Source of the DNA: Thermodesulfobacteriota bacterium
GTDB lineage: Bacteria; Desulfobacterota; Deferrisomatia; Deferrisomatales; JACRMM01
Length of the DNA stretch: 64,000 nucleotides
Assembly: GCA_040756475.1 (NCBI GenBank)
Contig: JBFLZB010000003.1
Location: forward strand, 3,965 to 67,964
Direction: 5' to 3'
Positions 1-9,397 of this stretch are shown piece by piece. The number at the start of each line of letters is the position of its first letter. The stretch's first letter is position 1. The position numbers and the translations under genes were made by a program. The notes beneath the pieces were generated by a model that saw nothing but the letters and a program-made list of their open reading frames with translations, was not told where the DNA came from and made no database searches.

Positions 1-170
1 ACCACCCGGGCCACCTGGCGCAGGCCGATCCCCAGGGCCCGCAGGGCCCGGGACGCCGTATGGCCCGCGTCGACGAGAAAGGGCTCGCCCCGACCCGGCC
101 GCACGAGGAAGTTGGTCTGGGAAAGGGTCTTGGCAAAGGCCTCGCCCACGCCCAGGGGGACGATCTCCAT
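1..170 (-). CDS. MBL-fold metallo-hydrolase, N-terminal fragment (gene continues past the left edge)
   Basis: Own translation of the minus strand from ATG 170-168 gives MEIVPLGVGEAFAKTLSQTNFLVRPGRGEPFLVDAGHTASRALRALGIGLRQVARV. It shows the LG.G.AF...LVDAGH pattern of beta-lactamase-fold N-termini, with GGAG 6 nt upstream. Not in the ORF track because no stop lies in the window. Confidence 0.5.
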   Translation of the reverse strand, partial: MEIVPLGVGEAFAKTLSQTNFLVRPGRGEPFLVDAGHTASRALRALGIGLRQVARV

Positions 171-350
171 GAACGCTCCGAGACGGCAGTATGCCGCGTT
201 CCTATCGGATCGGCCGAAGCACGTCCAAAGTCAAGGGGGTTCTCCCCCGGAGAGTCAACCCAGGGGCCACGGGGGGCGCGTTGCGCGTGGCGTGTGGCGG
301 GTTGGCGGGCCGATGGGACCTATGGGACAGAGGCGAGGAAGGCCGGATTC

Positions 351-385
351 TTCACCCTTCACCCTTCACCCTTCACCCGTCACAG
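351..385. repeat. tandem heptamer array (TTCACCC)x4 + GTCACAG
   Basis: Read directly from the sequence. The array overlaps the TGA stop (380-382) of the epimerase gene. Confidence 0.9.
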
Positions 386-1315
386 GTTCTCCCGATACCA
401 CCCGATGGCCTCCTCCAGGCCTCGGCGGACGTCGTGGGAGGGCTCGTAGCCGAGAAGGCGGCGGGCGGCGCCGATGTCGGCCAGGCTGTGGCGCACGTCG
501 CCCGCCCGGGCAGCGGCGTAGACGGGGTGCCGGTCGCTGCCCAGGAGCCGCGCGATCTCCCGGTAGAGCCCGTTGAGGCTGATCCGCTCCCCGCACGCCA
601 CGTTGAAGACCTGGCCGCAGGCTTCGCGCGGAGCCGTGCAGGCCTTGAGGTTGGCCTGCACCACGTCGGCCACGTAGGTGAAGTCCCGGGTCTGCTCCCC
701 GTCTCCGTAGATCTCGGGGGAACACCCCGCCAGCAGGGCGGAGACAAACCGCGGGATGACCGCGGCGTAGGCGCCCGACGGGTCCTGGCGGCGCCCGAAG
801 ACGTTGAAGTACCGAAGGCTCACCGTCTCGAGGCCGTAGAGCTCGGAGAAGAGCCGGCAGTACTGCTCCCCGGTGAGCTTGGTCAGCGCGTAGGGGGAGA
901 GGGGGCGGGGGGCCATGGTCTCGACCTTGGGCAGGGTCGGGGTGTCCCCGTAGGCCGACGAGCTCGCCGCGAACACAAACCGCCTGGCTCCCGCGTCCCG
1001 GGCCGCCAGGAGCATCTGGAGGGTGCCCGTGACGTTGCACTCGTTGGAGAGGAGCGGGTTGGCCAGGCTGCGGGGCACCGAGCCCAGGGCCGCCTGGTGG
1101 AGCACGTAGTCCACCCCCTCGCAGGCCCGGGCGCAGGCCTCCGGGTCCCGCACGTCGCCCTCCAGGAACTCGGCCGCCTCCAGACCCCGCAGGTTCTCCC
1201 GCTTCCCGGTCAGGAAGTTGTCGAGCCCCCGCACCGTCTCCCCCCGGGCGAGCAGGGCCTCCACGAGGTTCGAGCCGATGAAGCCGGCGGCGCCGGTGAC
1301 GAGGAAGCGCGGCAT
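380..1315 (-). CDS. NAD-dependent nucleotide-sugar 4-epimerase, WbpP/TviC-like (UDP-GlcNAc / UDP-GlcNAcA 4-epimerase family)
   Basis: MPRFLVTGAAGFIGSNL Rossmann motif, SSSAYG and YALTK (YxxxK) extended-SDR motifs. Start moved to Met22 of the track ORF because the 21 upstream codons are heptamer-repeat read-through (PSPVTRHPSPVTRH). Confidence 0.85.
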   Translation of the reverse strand: MPRFLVTGAAGFIGSNLVEALLARGETVRGLDNFLTGKRENLRGLEAAEFLEGDVRDPEACARACEGVDYVLHQAALGSVPRSLANPLLSNECNVTGTLQMLLAARDAGARRFVFAASSSAYGDTPTLPKVETMAPRPLSPYALTKLTGEQYCRLFSELYGLETVSLRYFNVFGRRQDPSGAYAAVIPRFVSALLAGCSPEIYGDGEQTRDFTYVADVVQANLKACTAPREACGQVFNVACGERISLNGLYREIARLLGSDRHPVYAAARAGDVRHSLADIGAARRLLGYEPSHDVRRGLEEAIGWYRENL

Positions 1316-1324
1316 TTGGACTCC

Positions 1325-1380
1325 GTGACGGGTGACGGGTGACGGGTGACGAGTCACGGGTGACGGGTCACCCGTCACCC
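1325..1380. repeat. tandem heptamer array, 8 units (GTGACGG x3, GTGACGA, GTCACGG, GTGACGG, GTCACCC x2)
   Basis: Read directly. Orientation flips inside the array, giving a perfect 9-bp hairpin GGGTGACGG-gtcac-CCGTCACCC at 1358-1380. Confidence 0.9.
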
Positions 1381-1382
1381 CT

Positions 1383-2714
1383 TTACAACGACCAGTAGTA
1401 CAGCCCCAGGGCCTGGGCTTCGGCCCGGGAGTAGGCCATCTTCACGTCGGCAAACACGCCCCGGCCCCCGAATGGGCCGGAGCCGGGCCGGTAGAAGCCC
1501 TGGAGCCTCTCCAGGGTGAGCTCCCGGAAGGCCCGGTGGCTCACGGCGGCCACGATGGCGTCCACCGGACCGGCCTCCTCCAGCGCCAGGGGCCGCAACC
1601 CGAACTCGTGCTCGGCCTCGGCCGAGTCCACGAGCGGGTCGTGGGCCACCACGTCGACGCCGTACTCCCGCAGCTCGGCGATCACGTCCGCGACACGGGA
1701 GTTTCGAAGATCCGAGACGTTCTCCTTGAAGGTCAGTCCCAAAATCAGCACCCGGCTGCCCTGCACGGCCTTGCCGCAGCGGATCAGGCCCTTGACCACG
1801 TTCTCGGCCACGTGCTTGCCCATGCCGTCGTTGATGGTCCGGCCGGCCAGGATCACCTGGGGCTGGTAGCCGAGCTCCTGGGCCTTGTGGGTCAGGTAGT
1901 AGGGGTCCACGCCGATGCAGTGGCCGCCCACCAGGCCCGGCGTAAACGGCAGGAAGTTCCACTTGGTGCCCGCGGCCCGCAGCACCTCCCGGGTCTCGAT
2001 CCCCATGCGGCCGAAGATGACCGAGAGCTCGTTCATGAGGGCGATGTTGAGATCCCGCTGGGTGTTCTCGATCACCTTGGCGGCCTCGGCGGTCTTGATG
2101 GTGGGCGCCCGGTGCACCCCCGCCTCGACGACCAGCTCGTAGACCCGGGCCACCCGCTCCAGCGTCGCCGCGTCCTGGCCCGCCACCACTTTCACGATGC
2201 GCTCCAGGGTGTGCTCCCGGTCGCCGGGATTGATCCGCTCCGGGGAGTAGCCCACCGTGAAGTCCACCCCGCACCGAAGCCCCGACGCCCGTTCCAGGAT
2301 GGGAACGCACACCTCCTCGGTGACCCCCGGGTAGACCGTGGACTCGAAGACCACGGTGGCGCCGGGCGAGAGGTTCGCCCCCACCGCCCGGGAGGCCGCC
2401 TCTACGGGGGTGAGGTCGGGGCGCTTGTGCCGGTCGATGGGGGTGGGCACCGCCACCACCACGAACCCGGCGCGGCGCAGGTCCCCGGGGTTGGTGGTGT
2501 ACTGGATGCGGCCCGCCTCCACCTCGGCCTGGCTGAGCTCGCCGGTGGGGTCGATCCCCCTTCGCAGCGAGGCCACCTTGGCTTCGTTCACGTCGAAGCC
2601 GATCACCGGCACCTTCTTCCCAAACGCCACGGCCAGGGGCAACCCCACATACCCCAGCCCCACCACCGCCAGGCACGCCTCCCCGCGGGTCAGTTTCTCG
2701 ACGAAATCGGACAT
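1383..2714 (-). CDS. nucleotide-sugar 6-dehydrogenase, WbpO/TviB/VipA-like (UDP-GlcNAc 6-dehydrogenase family)
   Basis: MSDFVEKLTRGEACLAVVGLGYVGLPLAVAF N-terminal NAD fold and GGHCIGVDP catalytic Cys region. Paired with the WbpP/TviC-like epimerase downstream. Start set at Met11 of the track ORF. Confidence 0.85.
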   Translation of the reverse strand: MSDFVEKLTRGEACLAVVGLGYVGLPLAVAFGKKVPVIGFDVNEAKVASLRRGIDPTGELSQAEVEAGRIQYTTNPGDLRRAGFVVVAVPTPIDRHKRPDLTPVEAASRAVGANLSPGATVVFESTVYPGVTEEVCVPILERASGLRCGVDFTVGYSPERINPGDREHTLERIVKVVAGQDAATLERVARVYELVVEAGVHRAPTIKTAEAAKVIENTQRDLNIALMNELSVIFGRMGIETREVLRAAGTKWNFLPFTPGLVGGHCIGVDPYYLTHKAQELGYQPQVILAGRTINDGMGKHVAENVVKGLIRCGKAVQGSRVLILGLTFKENVSDLRNSRVADVIAELREYGVDVVAHDPLVDSAEAEHEFGLRPLALEEAGPVDAIVAAVSHRAFRELTLERLQGFYRPGSGPFGGRGVFADVKMAYSRAEAQALGLYYWSL

Positions 2715-2731
2715 GGATGTCTCCTCTAGCC

Positions 2732-2759
2732 CTTCACTTTTCACTCTTCACGCCCCACG
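2732..2759. repeat. degenerate heptamer array (CTTCACT TTTCACT CTTCACG CCCCACG)
   Basis: Read directly. Spans the stop codon (2741-2743) of the UDP-GlcA epimerase gene. Confidence 0.75.
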
Positions 2760-3709
2760 CCATGATACTCCCGATACCACTCCACGAACCGCGGGATGCC
2801 CTCCTCGATGGGGGTGGTGGGCTCCCAACCCAGGAGGCGCCGGCTCCGGGCGACGTCCGCGCAGGTGCGGGGCACGTCGCCGGGCTGCATGGGCAGGAGA
2901 TTGCGCCGGGCCTCCTTCCCGAGCGCCCGCTCCAGCACGCCGATGAAGTGTTCCAGCCGCACCGGGCGGTGGTTGCCCAGGTTGAGCACCTCGTCCCCCA
3001 GGGGGCGGTCCAGGGCAGCGAGCACGCCCGCCGTGATGTCGTCCACGTAGGTGAAATCCCGCTCCATCTCCCCCCGGTTGTACACGTCGATGGGCTGCCC
3101 CTCGAGGATCTGGCGGGTAAACGAGTACAGCGCCATGTCCGGGCGCCCCCAGGGCCCATAGACCGTAAAGAACCGCAGCCCCGTCGCGGGCAGGGCATAG
3201 AGGTGGTGGTAGGTGCGGGCCATGAGCTCGTTGGCCACCTTGGTGGCGGCGTACAGGCTCACGGGGCGGTCGACCCGGTCCTCCTCGGAAAAGGGCACCT
3301 TCTCGTTGGCCCCGTACACCGAGGAAGACGACGCGTACACGAGATTTCCCGTTCCCCGGTGGCGACACGCTTCGAGCACGTGGAGGAATCCCATGAGGTT
3401 CGCGTGGCCGTAGACCACCGGGTTTTCCAGGCTGTAGCGCACGCCCGCCTGGGCGGCCAGGTGGCAGACGGCGTCGAAGGGCCCGTCGTCGAAGGCCCGG
3501 GCGAGCCCGGCGGGGTCGGCCACGTCGGCCCGGTGAAACGAGAATCCCTCCCGGGGTGCCAGCAGCGCCAGGCGCGCCTGCTTGAGGCGCACGTCGTAGT
3601 AGTCGTTGAGGTTGTCGAGCCCTACCACGCGATCGCCGCGCCGCAGGAGCGCCCGGGCGACGTGGAACCCGATGAATCCGGCAGCGCCGGTGACGAGGTA
3701 GCGGGCCAT
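2741..3709 (-). CDS. UDP-glucuronate 4-epimerase-like extended SDR
   Basis: MARYLVTGAAGFIGFHVARALL, ASSSSVYG, YAATK and RFFTVYGPWGRPDMA motifs are typical of the Cap1J/LpsL UDP-GlcA epimerase family. Start at Met127 of the track ORF; the upstream part has no protein-like composition. Confidence 0.85.
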   Translation of the reverse strand: MARYLVTGAAGFIGFHVARALLRRGDRVVGLDNLNDYYDVRLKQARLALLAPREGFSFHRADVADPAGLARAFDDGPFDAVCHLAAQAGVRYSLENPVVYGHANLMGFLHVLEACRHRGTGNLVYASSSSVYGANEKVPFSEEDRVDRPVSLYAATKVANELMARTYHHLYALPATGLRFFTVYGPWGRPDMALYSFTRQILEGQPIDVYNRGEMERDFTYVDDITAGVLAALDRPLGDEVLNLGNHRPVRLEHFIGVLERALGKEARRNLLPMQPGDVPRTCADVARSRRLLGWEPTTPIEEGIPRFVEWYREYHGVGREE

Positions 3710-3899
3710 GGAGCCTTCCTGGGGTGCCGTGAGCAGACGACCGGCGGGATAGTAGCAGAGGCCGGCGCGCCCGATCCAGGCGAAACCCCCGGAACGCTTC
3801 GGGAAAGCGCGGCTTTCTTGACCCTCTGGAATCGCGGTTGCTATACTGCGCCGTTCTTCTCTGGCCGCCTCTTGGCGGCAGCCTCTCGGCAGGGGGTTC

Positions 3900-4433
3900 A
3901 TGGATCTTTTCGACGCCATCCGGTCCCGGCGCAGCGTGCGGGCCTTCCGCCCCGACCCCGTGCCGGGAGAGCTCCTGGAGCAGGTGCTGGAGGCGGCCCG
4001 CTGGGCTCCCTCGGGGCTCAACAACCAGCCCTGGCGGTTCCACGTGGTGCGAGACCCCGCGGTGCTCGAAGGGCTCGCGGGCCTCACCCGCTACGGCCAC
4101 GTGCTGCGCTCCGCCCGGGCGGCGGTTGCCGTGTTCCTGGACGGCGAGGCCTCCTACCACCGGGACAAGGACTGCCAGGGGATCGGAGCGTGCCTCCAGA
4201 ACCTTCTCCTGGCCGCCCACGGCCTCGGGCTGGGCGCTTGCTGGCTCGGGGAGATCCTCAACCGCCGGGAGGAGGTGGAGCGTCTCCTGGGCGCCCCCGC
4301 CGCCTGCGAGCTCATGGCGGTGGTGGCCCTGGGGTTCCCCGCACGGGAGAACCAGGGACGAGGCGAGCGCCTGCCCCTGGAGCATTTGATCGTGGGCACG
4401 AGCCCGCCCCCCCCGCCCCTGGAGGACGCATGA
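3900..4433 (+). CDS. nitroreductase family protein
   Basis: RRSVRAFRPDPVP...APSGLNNQPWRFHVV signature of the NAD(P)H-flavin nitroreductase fold. Confidence 0.8.
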   Translation: MDLFDAIRSRRSVRAFRPDPVPGELLEQVLEAARWAPSGLNNQPWRFHVVRDPAVLEGLAGLTRYGHVLRSARAAVAVFLDGEASYHRDKDCQGIGACLQNLLLAAHGLGLGACWLGEILNRREEVERLLGAPAACELMAVVALGFPARENQGRGERLPLEHLIVGTSPPPPPLEDA

Positions 4434-5860
4434 AGACGGCCATCGTGAAGTTCGGCACCTCGGGCTGGAGAGCGGTGCTGTGCGACGACTTCACCTTCGA
4501 GAACGTCCGGGTCGTGGTGCAGGCCGTCGCGGACCACCTCAAGGCCGGAGGGCTCGACGAGCGCGGCGTCCTGGTCGCCCACGACAGCCGGTTCCTGGGG
4601 CCGCGCTTCGCCCAGGTGGCGGCCGAGGTGCTGGCGGGCAACGGTCTCAAGGCCTTCCTGCCCGACCGCGACGTTCCCACCCCGGTGGTCTCCTTCGACA
4701 TCCTGCACCACCAGCGGGACGGCGCGCTCAACTTCACCGCCTCCCACAACCCCCCCGAGTACAATGGCATCAAGTTCAGCCCCGCCTGGGGTGGGCCCGC
4801 CCTGCCCGAGACCACCAGGGACATCGAGGTGCGGGCCAACGCGGGCATGGCCCGGGGCGAGTACCGCCGGCTCGGCTTCGAGGAAGGCCGGGACCAGGGG
4901 CTCATCGCCTCCCACGACCCGCGCCCCGCGTACCTGGACCGCCTGCGGGAGCTCGTGGACTTCGACCGCATCCGGGCTGCGGGGCTTCGACTGGCCCTGG
5001 ATCCCCTCTTCGGGACGGCCCGCGGGTACCTCGACCACCTCCTGGCCGAGGCGGGATGCGAGCTCCACATGGTGCACGACTACCCCGACCCCCTCTTCGG
5101 CGGGCGACCCCCGGAGCCCAGCGAGGCCCACATCCCCGAGCTCATCGACCTCACCGCACGGGATTCGGGCATCCGGCTGGGCCTGGCAACCGACGGCGAC
5201 GCCGACCGCTTCGGCATCGTGGACGCCGGCGGCCGGTACCTGGAGCCCAACTATTTCCTGGCGCTGCTCTTCGACTACCTGGTGCGCGACCGGGGCTTCG
5301 AGGGGGGTGCGGCCCGCAGCGTGGCCACGACCCACCTCCTGGATGCGGTGGCGCGCGACCTGGGCCGCGCAGTCCACGAGACCCCGGTAGGCTTCAAGTT
5401 CATCGGCGACCTGATCCGCAAGGGCCAGGTGGCCCTGGGGGGCGAGGAATCGGCCGGGCTCTCGATTCGAGGCCACGTGCCCGAGAAGGACGGCATCCTG
5501 GCCTGCTGCCTGGCGGCCGAGATGGTGGCCCGGCGGGGCAAGACTCTCTTCGCCCAACTGGAGGAGCTCTACGCCCGGGTGGGCCGGGTGCTCACCCGCA
5601 GGGTCAACCTGCACCTGACCCCGAGCCAGGAGCAGGCGCTGGCCGAGAAGCTCGCCCGGCCGCCCGCGTCCTTTGCCGGCCGAGGGGTCACCGAGACCGT
5701 GACCCTCGACGGCCACAAGTTCCTCCTGGAGGGCGGCGCCTGGCTCCTGGTGCGCAAGTCCGGCACCGAGCCCGTGGTACGCCTCTACCTGGAGGCTGCG
5801 GACGATCCGATCCTGGACGAGCTCACGACCGCCGGCCGGGACTGGATCCTCTCCGCCTAG
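4430..5860 (+). CDS. phosphoglucomutase/phosphomannomutase family protein
   Basis: MKTAIVKFGTSGWRAV, TASHNPPEYNGIKF (active-site Ser loop), ATDGDADRFG (Mg site) and GGEESAG motifs. The ATG overlaps the nitroreductase stop (ATGA). Confidence 0.9.
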   Translation: MKTAIVKFGTSGWRAVLCDDFTFENVRVVVQAVADHLKAGGLDERGVLVAHDSRFLGPRFAQVAAEVLAGNGLKAFLPDRDVPTPVVSFDILHHQRDGALNFTASHNPPEYNGIKFSPAWGGPALPETTRDIEVRANAGMARGEYRRLGFEEGRDQGLIASHDPRPAYLDRLRELVDFDRIRAAGLRLALDPLFGTARGYLDHLLAEAGCELHMVHDYPDPLFGGRPPEPSEAHIPELIDLTARDSGIRLGLATDGDADRFGIVDAGGRYLEPNYFLALLFDYLVRDRGFEGGAARSVATTHLLDAVARDLGRAVHETPVGFKFIGDLIRKGQVALGGEESAGLSIRGHVPEKDGILACCLAAEMVARRGKTLFAQLEELYARVGRVLTRRVNLHLTPSQEQALAEKLARPPASFAGRGVTETVTLDGHKFLLEGGAWLLVRKSGTEPVVRLYLEAADDPILDELTTAGRDWILSA

Positions 5861-5862
5861 CG

Positions 5863-5904
5863 TTCACCCTTCACCCTTCACCCTTCACTCTTCACCCGTC
5901 ACGA
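5863..5904. repeat. tandem heptamer array, 6 units (TTCACCC x3, TTCACTC, TTCACCC, GTCACGA)
   Basis: Read directly. Fills the gap between the PGM stop (5860) and the MBL gene start (5913). Confidence 0.9.
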
Positions 5905-5912
5905 GGCCCCCC

Positions 5913-6533
5913 ATGATCCTCGATATCCATCCCGTCGGCATGATCCAGGCCAACTGCTACATCCTGGGGGACGAAGAGACCCGGGAAGCCGTGGTGATCG
6001 ATCCCGGCGGCGACACCCCCATGCTGGTGCGGTCCCTGGAGACCCGCCGGCTCAAGCCCGTGGCGATCCTGGCCACCCACGGCCACTTCGACCACGTGGA
6101 GGGACTCGCCGCGCTCAAGCGCGCCACCGGGGCTCCGATCCACGTCCACAAGGGAGACCTGCCCCTGATCCAGGGTATGGCCGGACAGGGGCTCCTCTTC
6201 GGCGTGCGGGTCGAGGCGGCCCCGCCCCCCGACGCGTTCCTGGAGGACGGCGACGCCGTGCCCTTCGGCGGGCACAGCCTCCAGGTGCTCCACACCCCCG
6301 GCCACTCCCAGGGCTCGGTGAGCTACCTGATCGACAAGAGCGTCTTCGTGGGCGACCTCCTCTTTGCAGGCTCCATCGGGCGCACCGACCTCCAGGGGGG
6401 AGACTACGACACCCTCCTGCGCTCGGTGCGCGCAAAGATCTTCACCCTGCCCGACGACACCGTGGTCTACCCGGGCCACGGCCCCGCCACTACGGTGGGT
6501 ACCGAGAAGCGGTCGAATCCGTTCTTCCGGTAG
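5913..6533 (+). CDS. MBL-fold metallo-hydrolase (GloB/hydroxyacylglutathione hydrolase-like)
   Basis: THGHFDH metal motif, HTPGHSQGS, and a size of about 206 aa. Confidence 0.8.
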   Translation: MILDIHPVGMIQANCYILGDEETREAVVIDPGGDTPMLVRSLETRRLKPVAILATHGHFDHVEGLAALKRATGAPIHVHKGDLPLIQGMAGQGLLFGVRVEAAPPPDAFLEDGDAVPFGGHSLQVLHTPGHSQGSVSYLIDKSVFVGDLLFAGSIGRTDLQGGDYDTLLRSVRAKIFTLPDDTVVYPGHGPATTVGTEKRSNPFFR

Positions 6534-6542
6534 GTCAGGATC

Positions 6543-6577
6543 GTGAGACGTGAAGCGTGAGACGTGGAGCGTGAACC
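6543..6577. repeat. tandem heptamer array (GTGAGAC GTGAAGC GTGAGAC GTGGAGC GTGAACC)
   Basis: Read directly. Positions 6549-6562 are a perfect 14-nt reverse complement of 6688-6701. Confidence 0.9.
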
Positions 6578-6680
6578 GTCTTCCGAAAGCGCCGAGGTAC
6601 CGCACGTGAGACAAGCGACTCGCAGGATCGCCACCCCCCTTCCCACCGCCTGTTTCAAGCTGCACGCCCGAGGATGGGCG

Positions 6681-6701
6681 TTTCACCTCTCACGCTTCAC
6701 G
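6681..6701. repeat. heptamer array in inverted orientation (TTTCACC TCTCACG CTTCACG)
   Basis: Read directly. It is the inverted partner of the 6543-6577 array and lies 17 nt upstream of the coaBC ATG. Confidence 0.85.
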
Positions 6702-6717
6702 TTCGGCCGGCACTGAC

Positions 6718-7977
6718 ATGCTCAGAGACCGTGAGATCATCCTCGGGGTCGCGGGGGGCATCGCCGCCTACAAGAGCGTGCTCCTGTGCCGCGACCTCAC
6801 CCAGGCAGGCGCCAACGTCCACGTGGTGATGACGGAAAATGCAACCCAGTTCGTCACGCCGCTCACCTTCCAGACCATCTCGGGAAATCCCGTCACCCAC
6901 CAGCTCTTCGCCCTGTTTCAGGGGTCGGAGATCGGCCACGTGACCCTGGCCGACCGCGCCCACGCCATGGTGGTGGCGCCCGCCACGGCAAACCTCCTGG
7001 GCAAGGTGGCCAACGGCATCGCCGACGACTTCCTCTCCACCATGATCATGGCCACGCGGGTGCCGGTGGTCTTCGCACCGGCCATGAACGTGGTGATGTG
7101 GGAGAGCCGGGCGGTACAGCGAAACGTGGCACTGCTGGGCGAAGCCGGCTACCACCTGGTGGGGCCGGTACCCGGGGAGCTGGCCTGCGGCGTCACGGGC
7201 AAGGGGAAGATGGCCTCGCCCGCAGAGATCATCGACGCCCTCGAGATCATCCTCTCCCCCAAGGACCTGGCCGGGGAGCGCGTGCTCGTCACAGCGGGGC
7301 CGACCCTGGAGCCCATCGACCCGGTGCGGTTCATCTCCAACCACTCGTCCGGGAAGATGGGCTACGCCCTGGCCCGCGCCGCGGTGCGCCGGGGGGCCCA
7401 GGTCACCCTGGTCACGGGGCCCACGGCGCTGGCGTCCCCCCTGCACGTGCGCGTGGTGCGCGTGACCACCGCGCGAGAGATGCACGAGGCGGTGCTGCGG
7501 GAGGCGCAGGAGGCCACGGTCGTCCTCAAGGCGGCGGCGGTGTGCGACTGGCGGCCCACCGCCTCGGCCGCACAGAAGATCAAGAAGCGGCAGGGCAGCC
7601 CCCCCTCCCTTCTCCTCGAACCCAACCCCGACATCCTCCGGGACCTGGGGGTACACAAGCCCCCCGGGCAGCTCCTCATCGGATTTGCCGCCGAGACCAC
7701 CGAGCTCGAGGCCAACGCCCGGGCGAAGCTCGCCGAGAAGAACCTGGACGCGGTGGTGGCCAACGACGTGACCGCTCCGGGGGCGGGGTTCCTGGTCGAC
7801 ACCAACGCCGTTCGCATCTTCACGGCCGACGGCGCCGAGATCGGGGTACCCCTCACCACCAAGGAGCGCGTGGCCGACCGGGTGCTGGGCGTGGTGGTAA
7901 AGCTGCGCACCGGTTCCCAGAAGCAGGTGTGGGAGCCCCCGGCGGAGCCCTTGAGATTCTGGCCGGAAGAGCCGTGA
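6718..7977 (+). CDS. coaBC: bifunctional phosphopantothenoylcysteine decarboxylase / phosphopantothenate-cysteine ligase
   Basis: [12 protein letters not shown] flavoprotein N-domain, PAMN, and a C-terminal [13 protein letters not shown]-binding ligase motif. Confidence 0.9.
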   Translation: MLRDREIILGVAGGIAAYKSVLLCRDLTQAGANVHVVMTENATQFVTPLTFQTISGNPVTHQLFALFQGSEIGHVTLADRAHAMVVAPATANLLGKVANGIADDFLSTMIMATRVPVVFAPAMNVVMWESRAVQRNVALLGEAGYHLVGPVPGELACGVTGKGKMASPAEIIDALEIILSPKDLAGERVLVTAGPTLEPIDPVRFISNHSSGKMGYALARAAVRRGAQVTLVTGPTALASPLHVRVVRVTTAREMHEAVLREAQEATVVLKAAAVCDWRPTASAAQKIKKRQGSPPSLLLEPNPDILRDLGVHKPPGQLLIGFAAETTELEANARAKLAEKNLDAVVANDVTAPGAGFLVDTNAVRIFTADGAEIGVPLTTKERVADRVLGVVVKLRTGSQKQVWEPPAEPLRFWPEEP

Positions 7978-7987
7978 AGGATCCAAC

Positions 7988-9331
7988 ATGAAACTCTGCA
8001 TCATCGGCACCGGCTACGTGGGATTGGTCACCGGCACGTGCTTCGCGGAGATGGGCAACGACGTGGTCTGCGTGGACGTGGACGCGCCCAAGATCGCCAT
8101 GCTCCAGGAGAAGAAACTCCCCATCTACGAGCCGGGGCTCCAGGAGATCCTCGACCGCAACGTGGACGAGGGGCGCCTGACCTTCACCACGGACCTCGCC
8201 GCGGGCATGACGGAGAGCCTCATCCTGTTCATCGCCGTGGGCACCCCGGAGGGAGAGGACGGCTCGGCCGACCTCCAGCACGTGCTCGCCGTGGCGCGCG
8301 CCATCGGCCGGGAGCTGGACGCCTACCGGATCGTCGTGACCAAGTCCACGGTGCCGGTGGGCACGGCCGAGCGTGTGCGCGGTGCCATCCAGGAAGAGCT
8401 CGCCTCCCGGGGGGCCGAGGTGGAGTTCGACGTGGTCTCCAACCCCGAGTTCCTCAAGGAGGGCAACGCGGTCCAGGACTGCTTGAAGCCCGACCGCATC
8501 GTGGTGGGCACCGACAACGTGCGCACCGCCGAGCTCCTGAAGGAGCTCTACGGCCCCTTCACCCGCACCAACCACCCCGTGATCGTCATGGACGTGCGCT
8601 CGGCAGAGATGACCAAGTACGCCGCCAACGCCATGCTCGCCACCAAGATCAGCTTCATCAACGAGATGGCGAACCTGTGCGAGCGGGTGGGGGCCGACGT
8701 GGCCAACGTGCGCCTGGGGATCGGGGCCGACAGCCGCATCGGCTACCAGTTCCTCTTCCCCGGGGTGGGCTACGGCGGGTCGTGTTTTCCCAAGGACGTC
8801 AAGGCCTTGATCCGCACGGCACGGGCCGCGGGCTGCGAGCCGCGCATCCTGGAAGCGGTGGAGGCGGTCAACGTCCGGCAAAAGGCCGTGCTGCCCGAGA
8901 AGATCCTGGCCCACTTCGCCGCCCAGGGCGCCGACCCCCGGTCCGCGACGGTGGCCGTGTGGGGCCTGGCCTTCAAGCCCAACACCGACGACATGCGGGA
9001 GGCACCGAGCCTCACGGTGGTGGGGCGGCTCCTGGAGGCGGGCGTCACCGTGCGCGCCTATGACCCGGTGGCCGAGGAGACCGCCCGCCGGGCCTTCGGA
9101 GACCGCCCAGCAAACGGGGGCCTCACGTTTTGCTCCACCAACTACGACGCCCTCCAGGGGGCCCACGCCCTGGCCATCTGCACCGAGTGGGGCGCCTTTC
9201 GCCGGCCCGACTTCGCCCGCATGAAGTCCCTCATGGCCTCCCCCGTCATCTTCGACGGCCGAAACCTCTACGAGCCCAAGGACATGCGCCGGCTGGGCTT
9301 CACCTACTTCGGGATCGGGCGAACGGCGTAA
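7988..9331 (+). CDS. ugd: UDP-glucose 6-dehydrogenase
   Basis: [32 protein letters not shown] catalytic Cys and [13 protein letters not shown] motifs. Confidence 0.9.
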   Translation: MKLCIIGTGYVGLVTGTCFAEMGNDVVCVDVDAPKIAMLQEKKLPIYEPGLQEILDRNVDEGRLTFTTDLAAGMTESLILFIAVGTPEGEDGSADLQHVLAVARAIGRELDAYRIVVTKSTVPVGTAERVRGAIQEELASRGAEVEFDVVSNPEFLKEGNAVQDCLKPDRIVVGTDNVRTAELLKELYGPFTRTNHPVIVMDVRSAEMTKYAANAMLATKISFINEMANLCERVGADVANVRLGIGADSRIGYQFLFPGVGYGGSCFPKDVKALIRTARAAGCEPRILEAVEAVNVRQKAVLPEKILAHFAAQGADPRSATVAVWGLAFKPNTDDMREAPSLTVVGRLLEAGVTVRAYDPVAEETARRAFGDRPANGGLTFCSTNYDALQGAHALAICTEWGAFRRPDFARMKSLMASPVIFDGRNLYEPKDMRRLGFTYFGIGRTA

Positions 9332-9336
9332 CGGAC

Positions 9337-9385
9337 CATCCGTCCCCCGTTACCCGTTACCCGTTACCCGTTACCCGTCCCCCGT
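9337..9385. repeat. tandem heptamer array, 7 units (CATCCGT, CCCCCGT, TACCCGT x4, CCCCCGT)
   Basis: Read directly. Lies between the ugd stop (9331) and the UXS start (9398). Confidence 0.9.
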
Positions 9386-9397
9386 CTCGAGGCCCCC

